The translations under genes and the position numbers were made by a program. DNA of 64,000 bases from Somniosus microcephalus. Lineage: Eukaryota. Position 1 is the first letter of the stretch. The number at the start of each line of letters is the position of its first letter. Shown piece after piece: positions 25,501 through 35,742 of the stretch. The stretch covers positions 165,726,001 through 165,790,000 of the forward strand of contig CM126207.1 in assembly GCA_052327205.1 (NCBI GenBank), given 5' to 3'. Under the pieces are notes generated by a model, which worked only from the letters and a program-made list of their open reading frames with translations, ran no database searches and was not told the origin of the DNA.

Positions 25501-26467
25501 GACGGGACTCCAGGTCGAGCACCTCCTTCTCCAACTGCCCGACCCGGGCCTCCCGCCTCTTGGTCGACCCCTTCGCGTACTCCTGACAGAAGAGATGGAT
25601 GTGAGCCTTGCCCACATCCCACCATAGCCTCAAGGAGGGGAAGCCCCCCTGCTTCCTTCTCCAGCCGGCCCAGAACCGACCGAACGAATCCCGGAACCGC
25701 GCGTCCTCCAGCAGCAGGTTGTTAAAGTGCCAGTACGCGGACCCCCCCCCGGCGCGCGGCGGCACGAGCTCCGCCCACACCAGGTGGTGGTCCGTGCACG
25801 GCACCGGCCGCACGGAAGCCGCCGGAACGCAGGAGACGTACGCCCGGGAAATGTAGAGGCGGTCGATCCTGGACGCTCCTCCCCCAGACCTCACAAAAGT
25901 GAAGGCGCTGGAGTCGGGATGGATATTACGCCAGACGTCCACCAAGTCGAGGGACCCGACCAGGTCCCTCAGCTTCCCCATCGCCGCTGGGCATGGCTGG
26001 GTACCCGTGCGGTCCCTCGCCTCGAGGGTACAATTAAAATCCCCCCCGAGGATGACGCACTCGCCCGCGTCGATGGAGCCCAAAAGAGTGGACACTTCTT
26101 CAAAGAAGCGCGCTTGCTGCGCACCAGCCTGAGGGGCGTACACGTTCACTAGATGGAACGGCACGCCCCCCAGGCGAACAGTGACCTGGAGCAAGCGGCC
26201 CGGCACGAGCTCCTTGACCCCCAAGATCTCCGGCTGAAAATGCGGGGCCAACAAGATAGCCACCCCACTGGAAACACTGGAGAGGTGACTCATGTTGACC
26301 CCTCCTTGCCACTCCAGGAGCCACGTGGCCTCGTCTCCCGGAACGGTGTGGGTTTCTTGCAGGAAGCACACCGCATACTTCCCGTCCCGAAGGACCGAAA
26401 AGTTATTAAATCTGCGGCTAGCCTCCCTGCTGCCGTTGACGTTGAGGCTGGCTATGTTTATCTTCAT
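22568..26467 (-). CDS. Tx1-clade ORF2 polyprotein (APE endonuclease, reverse transcriptase, C-terminal CCHC zinc finger), 1299 aa, uninterrupted
   Basis: SLNVNG, FLQETH, GGDFNC, SRIDRLY, TDHH (EN); KSPGLDG, NWRPVSLL, DQEKAF, GVRQGCPMSG, AYADD, YLG (RT); CLFCGLEESVFHVYVEC. Confidence 0.96.
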   Translation of the reverse strand: MKINIASLNVNGSREASRRFNNFSVLRDGKYAVCFLQETHTVPGDEATWLLEWQGGVNMSHLSSVSSGVAILLAPHFQPEILGVKELVPGRLLQVTVRLGGVPFHLVNVYAPQAGAQQARFFEEVSTLLGSIDAGECVILGGDFNCTLEARDRTGTQPCPAAMGKLRDLVGSLDLVDVWRNIHPDSSAFTFVRSGGGASRIDRLYISRAYVSCVPAASVRPVPCTDHHLVWAELVPPRAGGGSAYWHFNNLLLEDARFRDSFGRFWAGWRRKQGGFPSLRLWWDVGKAHIHLFCQEYAKGSTKRREARVGQLEKEVLDLESRLGQVAEDPALRLAYEEKKGALKDLRLVGSRGAYVRSRIQFLRVLDRGSPFFYSLEKRRGVRKQLLELLADDGSPVSDPEGIRAETRAYYGALFSPDPSSEEARRVLWEDLPKVGLEGAEKLDAPLSLEELSGALRQLSRGKSPGLDGLTVEFHRAFWGILGGDYVRVLGECLATGEMPLSWRRALIVLLPKRGDLRLLKNWRPVSLLSTDYKIFARAMSVRLGTVLAHMIHPDQSYTVPGRTIHDNIHLVRDLVHHSQRAGLSVAFLSLDQEKAFERVDHEYLFGTLRAFGFGTHFVARIRLLYAAAECLIKVNGSLTAPLRFGRGVRQGCPMSGQLYAICVEPFLRLLRKRLAGLALQGPGVEVVLSAYADDVLLMVTDPVDLRRMRECQQIYSDASSARINWGKCSGLLVGQWQVDSLPEEFRPFAWSTTHLLYLGVYLSPAEDAWPANWHELEAKVTARLGRWTGLLRVLSYRGRALVINQLVAAMLWYRLVTLIPPPAFVAKIQKKLVDFFWNNRIHWVAAAVLSLPLREGGQALVCLRTQAATFRLQTLQRYLYVENPPRWRALVTYFFRQLHGLNYDMQLLFLEVGSRRASLQELPVFYQELLWVWNSVASRRSSPPSGMAAVLREPLFRNPHLRVREFGRLAERRAVPGRVTRVGDLLDGGGAGWMAPEELARRMSWGNVRLAVDAIEAVKARLRPGAARCIEAAQARGAIPPGLTPVWTEFHIGALPQSSPRGLVPHNLSRLEETPSVPFHSARRGFLYGMLLHTFHFAIFACRPDTPWRAVLPSGGGGGPQWGALYAGVFPCSIGDLAWRVLHRAVPCNRFLSRFTDSRAACLFCGLEESVFHVYVECGRLQPLFHYLKGLLLKFWLHFSPTLLIYGHPVRRGAGRSEDLLVGLLLGLAKKAINWSRQRAAEGVVRPDCLPLFRGHVRGRVALEMEHAVSAGELELFRDRWAPRGLECVIDLRGQILI

Positions 26468-26497
26468 TTCAGAAGCACAACCAACCCCTACTTAAAC

Positions 26498-28641
26498 CTA
26501 ACGGGGGAAGGGAGGGCGGCCGCTAGCCGACCGCCACTCCCTTAGCAGCCCGGTGAGGAATGCCCGGAACCGACACAGCTCGGACGGGCTCACGCCCGTG
26601 TCCGCACCCATGGTCTTGTAGGCGACGCGGGCCGACCCGATGAGCAGCGCCAGCCCCGACCATCTGTCGAGGGCCTGCTGGGTCCAGCGGCGACCCTGGC
26701 TCGTGGCCACAAATTCCCGGAGCTCCCTGATGGGAATAAGAACGAGGGGGGTCCCGGCGAGGGGCGCGAGGTCATCCATCGCCTCGTCGGCGACGGACTC
26801 TAAGTCCTCCTCCGCCCCCACCACCGAGTCCCCGTCCTCCTCCGGGGGGTCGCCACCGGCGGCCGAACCGTCCACCACGCAATGCACATCGGGCGGCCCG
26901 GCCGCGACAGCCGGCCCCGCCTCCGCCCGGATCCCACCCCCAGGATCGGTAGCGGAGGATTCCCCCCCGGGCTCCTCTAGGGGGGCCGGGCCAGCAGGCG
27001 GCGGCGGTTCGGAGATCCCCTCCGCCCCAGGCACCGGAACGGCCGGAGAGATCGGAGAATACAAAAACCGGACCTCCTCCAAGTCGCCCGGCGCCGGAGA
27101 CACAGACCGAGGGCCCTCCTCAGCGATGCCACTGGCCTCCGACCCAGCAGACGGGGGAAAATTCTGACACACCTCGACGAGGTCGAGCAGCACCTGGGAA
27201 AAATCCGGGTCGTTCTGGGCGAGCTCATCCTCAGACGACTCGCCCGACCCGGTCCCCTGGCCGCCCGACCCGTCGAGGGGCAATGCCACCAGCAATGGCT
27301 CAATAACCGCCGTGGGTTGTTCCGCGACCCCCCCCACGGGCAGGGTCTCGTCCCCATCCCCGGGAGGCACGAGCTGGGCAGACGCTTCTGCCTCAGCCTC
27401 CCCAGGGACAGGCGACCCCTGCCGTTCGCCCGTAATGGTGTTAGCGGTGGGGTGGGGCGCAGTGCCCGCGGCGGGCGACGACTCCCCCTGACCGGAGGGA
27501 CCTTCCTCCTCCCGGTCCTCCTCCTCTTCCAGGGGGTCACACCTTCTTTCTAGCGCGGAGGGAGCGAGGGAGACCTCCATGTCTGCAGAGGCCTCCTCCT
27601 CTGCTCCATCTGGCGGAGCAGGTTTGTCGGGTACTTCGGGCACGAGCCCGGCCGCAGGAATTGGCATTTCCGCTACGGCGGTTGTGGCCACGGGCTCAGG
27701 CACGAGGACCCTCCCGCCCTCGTCTGCCCCGACCAAATCCGCAAGGAGGGCGGGTGTCAGGGGCTCTAAGTTTAGGGGCCAGCCCTCCACCGGGGGACCC
27801 GCCCTGAGGTGTTTCATCTTACGCCGTTCCCTCCTTCCGCCCGGACGGGCTCCCTCCCCCCCGTCGGAGGCCCTGGTGGCGTCGGCCTCCGACGTCGACC
27901 GAGCATCAGTGGCTCCCGACGCACGGAGTGATCAGTGGGGGGAGCGGCGGCAGCGCCAGCCTCAGCCAAACCAGACGATCTGGCAGCATTGGAGGCGGGG
28001 CAGTATTTTCTGATGTGCCCCACCTCCTTGCAGGCGTGGCACCGCACACCGTCCGACATCCAGAAGACATGATAGGCGGTCCCCTCGTGGAGGATGATGA
28101 AAGCCCCATCGTTGTCCTCCTCCTGCGCCAGCTGGATAAAATGCTGGCGCCGGAAGGAGAAAACGTGGTGAAGGCTGGCCACATGGAAGCCGAGTGAGAT
28201 GGGTGTAAACCCCGACCTCACCTCCCCAAGATGGCATAAGTGGGGGAGGAGGAGCTCACCAGGTACAAAGGGCAGGAGGTTGGAAATAACCACCCTCTGC
28301 GCGGCGGCCTCGAGGGTGTCCACCGGCAGGAAGGTCCCGCCCACGGTGAGCCCCTTGGTGACGGCCACGGACACCGCCCGCTCCGACCTCAGGAAGAACA
28401 CAGCCTTCCCGTACATTTTTGAGGTGGCGAGGATGGTTGAAGGGCCGACAACCCCAGCCATGGCCTTTACACACGCCTCAATTGTCATTGTGGAGTGGGT
28501 GTAGCTCTTCACCCCAAGCTTTTTAGTTATTAAAGAGAAAGGTGACGGGGCCGCAGAAGCAACGGGAGCAGCCGTGGCTGTGGCTGCCACCGCCACATAT
28601 GACCTAGCCGGCCCCGCCACTGGCGAAGAAGTAGACGCCAT
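26498..28641 (-). pseudogene. Tx1 ORF1 of copy D, split by the same 1-bp deletion (near 27933) as copy C
   Basis: ORFs 27814-28641 (275 aa) and 26498-27817 (439 aa); GGA TCT of copy B reads GA TCA here. Confidence 0.88.
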
Positions 28642-29671
28642 TATGGGGTGCTTTTTTCAAAAAAGAGCTGCGCTCACCCCAAGTCACAAGCCTTAAGATA
28701 TTTAAGAATGACTTCTGGTTCTTTTTGAAGTCCTCTATTTGAGCAGAGGGAGCTGTTTAAAATGAAGGCAAACCTCGCCCTTTATTCATTGAAACTGGGA
28801 GATAGGCCTTCTCCCCTCTGCTCAACAGGCAATTAATTAATAGATGGAAAGGAGGTGCCTCTTGAGAGAGAGGTATAGAGAGACAAAGAGAGGGAGAGAG
28901 GGTGGTGGGAAGGAGGGAGCCCGCAAGGGCAGGTATGCCACTCAGGATGGAGGGCGGGTGGGTGTCGGAAGGGGTGCACCCTCCGATGGAAAAACAACGT
29001 CTCGGAATGGTGTTCTTCTGGCAGGGGGAGAAGATGTCTTCGCCTGGGAAAGCTGGAGAATGCCCAGGCTCAGTCCCACACCAGGTCTTAACGATGTTTG
29101 ATGGAATAAAAGACTTCGCCTAGGCAGCTCCAGCTGTCCCAGGCCAGGCAATAGAAGGGGGTGTTTGATAGTGGTGTGTGTGGCCTAGTATTCTACAAGA
29201 GCCACACACACACACAGACACCCCTTGGTGTTCTGGCCGGTCTTCTTTCCTCCCCCCCACCTACAATACAAAGTCTTTTGGAGAGTGCACCAAATAACAC
29301 CCACCTGCTGATGTTCATTTGGAGATGTTATCCTTCCCTCCTTCCAAGCAGTTGATGGTGGGTGTTGGTTGTTGCTTCTCTCCCCTCTCTCCCTCTCCTG
29401 GAATGGAGGCCAATTTGGGGAGGCAGTGGTGGAAAGGCCTCTCCTCTGGTAGATGTTGGTCTCCTTTTTCCCTCTCCTCACCTCTGTCTTCTCTCTCCAG
29501 GCACCTCAGTAGTCGCTGTTGTGGTAGTGGTGGTCTGTGGTTTTTCCTTCTTCTCCTCCTCTCTCTGGTCAAGGAGACCACCACTTTCCACTTTCCTTCA
29601 GCTCCAACCAGCAGCACAGAGAGCAAGGCAGTGAATGAATAAAGCTGGGTCGGTCCAGTCCCTGTCTTGTC
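27505..29671. repeat. 2167-bp direct repeat, copy 2
   Basis: Near-identical to 20339-22505; similarity drops sharply below 27505. Confidence 0.93.
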
Positions 29672-30089
29672 TCTGTGCCTCTGGCCTCACCTGTTTGTTA
29701 TTAAAGTATTTTTCTCCTGTGTCTCATTTGAATAATTATGTCACGTGACCAATCAGGTCTGTATTTAAGCTTCCTGTTTCCTGTCCTCTTGGCTCAGTCC
29801 TGGGTTCGCCTGCCTGCAAGTAACAGCTCTTGCTGTGTCTCTGGCATTCTCGAATCTCTCTGTGTTTTCGAGTCTCAACTGAATCTCCTTTCGAGTGTTA
29901 CCATGTCTCTGTGTTTTCGAGTCTCAAGTGAATCTCCTTTCGAGTGTTACCCTGTTTCTATGTTCTCGAGTCCCAAGGAAGCATCTTTCGAGTTCTACCC
30001 GGTCTCGTGTCCTTGGATAGGTTTCCTGCGCTTGGGTCCACTACCGTAACCCTTACAAAACGGCCCCGTGAATGGACGTCCCCGTGACA
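29672..30089 (+). repeat. LTR-like repeat (possibly Gypsy-type) flanking the array
   Basis: CACGTG-CCAAT (29742-29753), TATTTAA (29762-29768), ends CGTGACA; TGTCACG at 29739 is its inverted complement; no TSD seen. Confidence 0.45.
29857..30003. repeat. 49-bp tandem repeat, ~3 units
   Basis: TGTGTTTTCGAGTCTCAA..TTTCGAGTGTTACC recurs at 29861, 29910 and (degenerate) 29959. Confidence 0.8.
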
Positions 30090-30421
30090 CAGGGTTGATG
30101 ATGAGTGGTTGTTTCCCCTGGCTGGAATGTCCAGAACTAGGGGCATAGTCTCAGGATAAGGGGTAGACCTTTTAAGACTGAGATGAGGAGGAATTTCTTC
30201 ACTCACGTTTGTGAATCTTTGAAATTCTCTGCCCCGGACGGCTGTGATTGCTGAGTGTTTGAGTATATTCAAGGCTGAGATAGGTAGATTGTTGGACTTT
30301 AGGGGAATCAAGGGATATGGAGATCGGGCGGGAAAGTGGAGTTGAGGTCGATGATCAGCAATGATCTTATTGAATGGCGGAACCGTATGGCCTACCCCTG
30401 CTCTTATTTCTTATGTTCTTA
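30090..30421 (+). mobile_element. CR1/HER1 LINE 3' fragment
   Basis: GAGATGAGGAGGAATTTCTTC (EMRRNFF) and TTCTTATG tail. Confidence 0.8.
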
Positions 30422-31774
30422 AAAATAACAAATTCAGTCCATCGGCGTATTGCAATAGAGTGGCAGGGGTATGCTATTATACTGTCTTTTACATTTCTTT
30501 TACTTACTGTTCAATACTTGCTTAAGTTTTTTTTAGAATCCTACGTATTTTGCAGAACATCAATTTACACTTCTGAGTAGCCAATGGTGACTCCTTTAGC
30601 GGCTTTCCAAAGCCGATATTACATCCTTGATTTTTCCCTCCTTATGTGCTCATAGAATCATTTTATATTTCGATTTTATGTTGCCTAGAATCCTAATCTA
30701 TTTTTAGTTTCAGCTCGCCTAACCATTTTTGGTTTGCCTCTACAGTTCTAACTTTTGAAAAGAGTTGGAGAGAGCAAAAGAAAGATTTGGTTCCTCAAAG
30801 GGGGTAAAAGGCAAATCTAAAATAAAGATGCACAAACTAAATTTTAAAAAAATGGACAAATTTCACACTGCACACAATTAAGATTCGTTTTCCCGGCCCT
30901 TAACATTAGTTTAGCAGTCAAAACGATTTTAAAAGCGCAGTTATACCTCATCCTTTTGTGCCTAACTATTTGGGGATATTTAAAAGCGTACTTAATGCGG
31001 AAGAGCAGAAGTTTTCATCAGTTTCAATGATTGATCAGATTTCACTGACTGCTGGCTCTGTGGGTGTGGGAATGGGAAGCGCAAAGCGCAGCCAGCATTG
31101 CAGCTGTCATTGACAGACAACAACTTTGGGATTTCCACAAACGCTTGCGCATATGCTAAATCCCGAAGATGCGGTCAGTTTCAAAGCTGGTATACCGACT
31201 GAAAATTCAGGGCCAGTGAGTTCACATGAACTTCAACTTTTTACGCTCTATTGTTGCTATAAAAATGATTAAAACAGTTAAGCCTTGTTGAAGAACTTAT
31301 AACTGACTTTTTAACGGCATAATAAGTCATAATTATTGCCGAACAACCACACTGGCACAGAATAATCAACTGTATAAGTGTGGGGTGTCATTTGCTCCAT
31401 TCCATGATTAAAATTCGATATATTTTAAAAATATTAAAAATGTATGTTTGTTTTAAGTTTGTTTCTGATATTTCAACTTCTACCTTAATCCCATGTGTAT
31501 TTCCCAATTTTTTTTACACTTTCTGTAAAATGATTTAAAAGTCAGTGATAATCGATGTCTTTTGCTTCCTGGTTTGCTGTCTGTGATCATTCATCAATCT
31601 GACTATCTGCACAGTCTGCTTAATAATTTCATTGTTCCTGGACACCACAGATCCTCTATAGATTGTGCCCGATTGAAACTGACTCCACAATGCCCGCTGA
31701 ATCTTTGGAATCAGCTAATTTTGAGGTCACCAGCAAGTATTATCACTTCACCAGTGACAGCACAATCCTGGACA

Positions 31775-33396
31775 ATGTTACAGTAAAGGAGAAGGGCTTA
31801 GATCAACAGGATAGAATACAATTAGATAAAGAGGGGTCAAATAAACGATTGGCATCACTTAAGGAAGAAAAGTCACCCAGTCCGGAGGTGATGCATCCTA
31901 GGATTCTGAGAGAATTAACGGTGAAAAAAATGCGGCTCCAGCCATAATATTTCAATCCTTCTTGCATGTGACGGCAGAATTCTGGAAATGTGTAAATGTA
32001 TTACACCTGTCCAAAAAAGGGAGCGAGTTAAACCAGCTAACCATCAGCCAGTCAGCCTAACATGGGTAGTGGGGAAAATTATAGAGACAATAATCTGAGA
32101 CAAAATTAATTGTCACTTGGAAAAATATGGTTTAATAAACGAAAATCAACATGGATTTCTTAAAGATTAATCATGTCTGACTAAATTGATTGAGTTCTTT
32201 GATGAAATAACGGAGAAGATTAATGACGGTAATGCAGTTGAGGTAGTGTCTATGGACTTTCAGCAAAAATTTTATACATTACCACATAATCGACTTGTTG
32301 AAAAATTGAAGACCATTGGATTAAAGGTGCAGTGGCAGTGCGGATAAAAAATTGGCTAAGAGATGGAAAGCAGGGAGTAGTGGTGAACGGTTGCTTTTCA
32401 GACGGGAGGGAAGTGTACAGTGGTCACCCAAGGGTCGGTATTAGGACCATTGCTCTATTTGATACATATATTAATGACCTGAACTTTGTTATAGGGTCAT
32501 AATTTTAAAAATTTGCGGATTATTGAAAGCTTGTAAATGCAATAAAACATGAAGATCATAATACCAGACTTGAGGAGGATATAACATACTTTGGAAATAG
32601 GCAGGCACGAGGCAGATGACATTTAATGCAGAGATGTGAGAATTGATGCATTTTCGAGGGAAAACTGAGGAGGGGCAGTATAAACGCATTGGCACAATTT
32701 TAAATGTGGTGCAGGAACAGGGAGACTCAGGGTTTCACTTATAAATTTTTTGAAGGTGGCAGGACAAGTTGCTCAATCTGTGAAAAAATATTACAGGAAT
32801 GTATTTCTAAATAGAGGCATAGAATAGTAAACCAAAGACGTTATAGCAAAACTTTAGACATCACTGGTTAGACCTCATCTAAAGAATTGTGTACAATTCT
32901 CAGCTCTTTAGAAAGGATGTCAAGACATTGGAGAGGGTGCTGAGGAGATTTGCTGGAGTGATACCAGGAATGATGAAAATCAGTTATGTGGAGAGACTAG
33001 AGAAGCTGGGATTATTCTCCTTAGAGCAGAGAACGTTAAGGGGAGATGTACGAAAGATATTTAAAATTGAGGCGTTTTGATACAGTAGATAAGGAGAAAT
33101 TGTTTCCACTGTTAGAAGGATCAGAAGACGCAGACTCAAGATAATTTGTAAAAACGCCAGGGGGAGAAGGGGAGATTTCATTTTACTCAAAAAGTTGTCA
33201 TGATCTGGAAGACATTGCATGAAGGGGTGGTGGAAGCGGATTGAGTAATAACTTTCATAGGGAATTTGATACATTTTTGAAAAGGACAATATGTGCAGGG
33301 CAATAGATCAAGTGTATTGGAGCCGAACTATTTGGTAGCTCATTCGGGGAGCCGGTACAGGCACCATGGGCCAATTGGACTCCATCTGTGCTGTAT
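31775..33396 (+). mobile_element. Decayed CR1 LINE ORF2 (RT region to 3' end)
   Basis: KSPSPEVMHPRILREL, QHGF, QGSVLGP-like, LERVLRRFAGVIPG..LGLFSLEQR; many stops. Confidence 0.8.
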
Positions 33397-35026
33397 GAAA
33401 ATGCAAAACTCAGCAGCTAGCATTTACCGTTTGGAATAAAGAATTTCAACTGCAAAAAATGTGTGACAAAAGCTTGTGGTGCAACATATCCTACCCAACT
33501 AAGCGATGCTGAGAATAACACATATTCTAGTCGTGATCTGAGCTCAACACGCAAGACTTTCCATTAGGCTTTGCGAATGTCATCAGTTTACAGATATGGT
33601 ACACTAAATATGTATGAAAAATATTCTGTTTCAAACAAAAAATTTTGTTTGAATTTGATCAATGCCTTTTGAAGTTCTAAAAACTTCAAGAGTCTTTTGC
33701 TTTTCACCAGTAATAGAAGTCATTGCAATATGTACTTGGGAGGATATAATGCAAGGACCCTGAGTGAACTTTATAGAAACTGGGCTATTTCGACTTTAAA
33801 GAAGGCCCCTGAGAATGTATGTTACAGAAGTTCATCGTCAGTAATGATAAGCGACCGCAATATCCCTTGTTACCTACCGGGGCATTTGATATAAATCACT
33901 ACAGTAACATCTTCCACATCCTATTCTCTCCAAATCAATTGAGATTTAAAAATGACGTCCATGGTGAAACGTCATATGTTGGAATGTATCATTAACCGCG
34001 ATTTGTAAATAGAAATTCTCAATTGAAATTGTAACGAAGTGTGGTATTGACCTGGATAACGGTTGGAATGTCCGTGGGATTTCCGCCGATATTACCCTGC
34101 AATTACGCTGTGATATCGGTCAATAAACCGTGAAACTGATACACCATTTTCATGTTCCGAGTAGATACTAAAGGGATCATTTCAATTTCTGGCGCTAGGT
34201 TAAAACTTTTCTTAGCGACGTAGCACATAATGTTAGACACACGAGCTAAAGTGCCTGATCTGCGATGATTGTAAAGTGCAATTTTACTCCAACGGTTTGT
34301 TAAATGTCCAGGATACCCTACTTTTTACAACCAGTCTCACGTATTTTCCAGGCTGAGCGTGTCTCACAATGACACTGTTTATGTCCAGTATGCTCTCGAG
34401 ATAACTCAGAAGCTGTCTGAAGAGACCAGAGAAAATGACTAATGTCCATAGCCCAAAAATGTTCTCAGCTTTGTAAAAGTTTCGCGGAAATAAATTGTAA
34501 TATCTACAGAGTTTTTTCCAGCGGTTTTCCCATAATCGAACCGTGCTATCAAGTCAGGTAATTGGGAGACTATGCCCCCAATCCATGGGCTGTGCTCACT
34601 TCCAAAACGTGTTTGTTACATGATTCAACCCGACAGATAGGGTCTTTACGAATCAAGCAATGATTTGCAGGTTAACAATGCACCGAGTAAACCGATACTG
34701 CAGCACAATTAGCTCCACAGATATGCAATATTTGTCCTTCGTGGCAGGTGAAGGAAAGATGAATTATTGACTTTCTAGCTCATTTACACATTTATTAAGA
34801 TATACATACAACCTCCCGGTTCCTGTTAGCATTTCTGCTAAGAGCAACAACCGCAGAACTTATTCTAAAGGTCATGAATTTCTCCATTTCGCAATTAGAA
34901 GTAACGTGATATCTGCCGTCACAGATAAGTATGAGATTATATTGGATACACAGCCACCCATTCCAAATCTGCATCCATTGCACTGTCGTTCGCAACCTGT
35001 GATCGACCGTATTTACGTTGCCCGAT

Positions 35027-35081
35027 ATGTTTATGAGTCGGTCATTTTGGGGCATGTATTTCCTGTACATTTCTTACCCAG
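35027..35081 (+). pseudogene. Ig-superfamily receptor gene, leader exon
   Basis: ATG 35027 MFMSRSFWGMYFLYISYP then G/GTAAGC phase-1 donor, in phase with the V exon. Confidence 0.6.
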
Positions 35082-35431
35082 GTAAGCTTTTATTTTTGTT
35101 ATTAAATATTAACCTTTCCTGTAGAAGATATAACACAGGAAGTCGATCTTATGAGTTAATGTACACCGGAACAATGTTTTTGCTGGTTTAATTTAATATA
35201 ATTTTTTCATGTAATGTGTTCTTTGAAGGAAGGAAAATATCTGTTTGAGAAAGGTAACGTTATTATGATCATTCCAAGCGAAAACCCTTTCAGCAACTGG
35301 AGAATAGCCTTATAGGAGTTACATTCAATTGCTAATGTATCAATGAACTGGACGCACAATGTTAATTGGCGGTGCAGATCGTCTTCCCTTATTATGAATT
35401 ATTTAACACGATTGGCTTCTTTTGTTGATAG

Positions 35432-35742
35432 TTGCTGTTGACACTTTAGGTAAGTTGACTGCGGGCATTGTACAAATGGAGGCGCTCAGAGGTACAAATT
35501 CTACTTTGCAATGCCCTTTCCTCTTCGACTTCGACCATTCAAACGTAGACGTGCACTGGTGGAGAGAGGGTAAGGATACCATCCTGCAAGAAGATAGCAG
35601 AAAGCTGTTTGAAGTAATGAAAGGCGGCGCCAACCTTCACCAATGATTGTGAGGTTCCCGGACGCCGGAACATGTCGGTGTGTAGCCAAAGATCGGGATG
35701 AAACGGTTGGAAAATGAACTCGTCTAAAATTTGTTGCATATG
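35432..35742 (+). pseudogene. Ig V-set exon with pre-joined J-like segment; frameshift and stop
   Basis: Acceptor TTTTGTTGATAG; STLQCPF, VHWWREG; frameshift ~35641 to MIVRFPDAGTCRCVA; VGK*TRLKFV (GxGTxL with GGA>TGA); donor G/GTAAAT. Confidence 0.8.

Larger units (their letters stand above)
22506..29671 (-). mobile_element. Tx1 copy D, full length, chimeric, intact ORF2
   Basis: 5' end at 29671; ORF1 28641-26498; 30-bp spacer; ORF2 26467-22568; ~60-bp 3'UTR ending TATAAAAAGAG abutting copy C. Confidence 0.95.

Noticed and set aside
27814-27940. Programmed frameshift or stop-start split of ORF1
   Set aside because: Copies A and B are in frame here; sharing by C and D is explained by the duplication
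147-29642. Many long plus-strand and alternative-frame ORFs over the Tx1 copies (e.g. 6220-7212, 24617-25627)
   Set aside because: Shadow ORFs of GC-rich coding sequence; no domain motifs, boundaries not conserved among copies
29600-29671. HDV-like ribozyme at the Tx1 5' end
   Set aside because: Only a short CTGG/CCAG stem is visible; I could not build the nested pseudoknot by eye (needs a descriptor search)
29857-30003. CRISPR-like array
   Set aside because: Tandem units without unique spacers, in vertebrate repeat context with no cas genes
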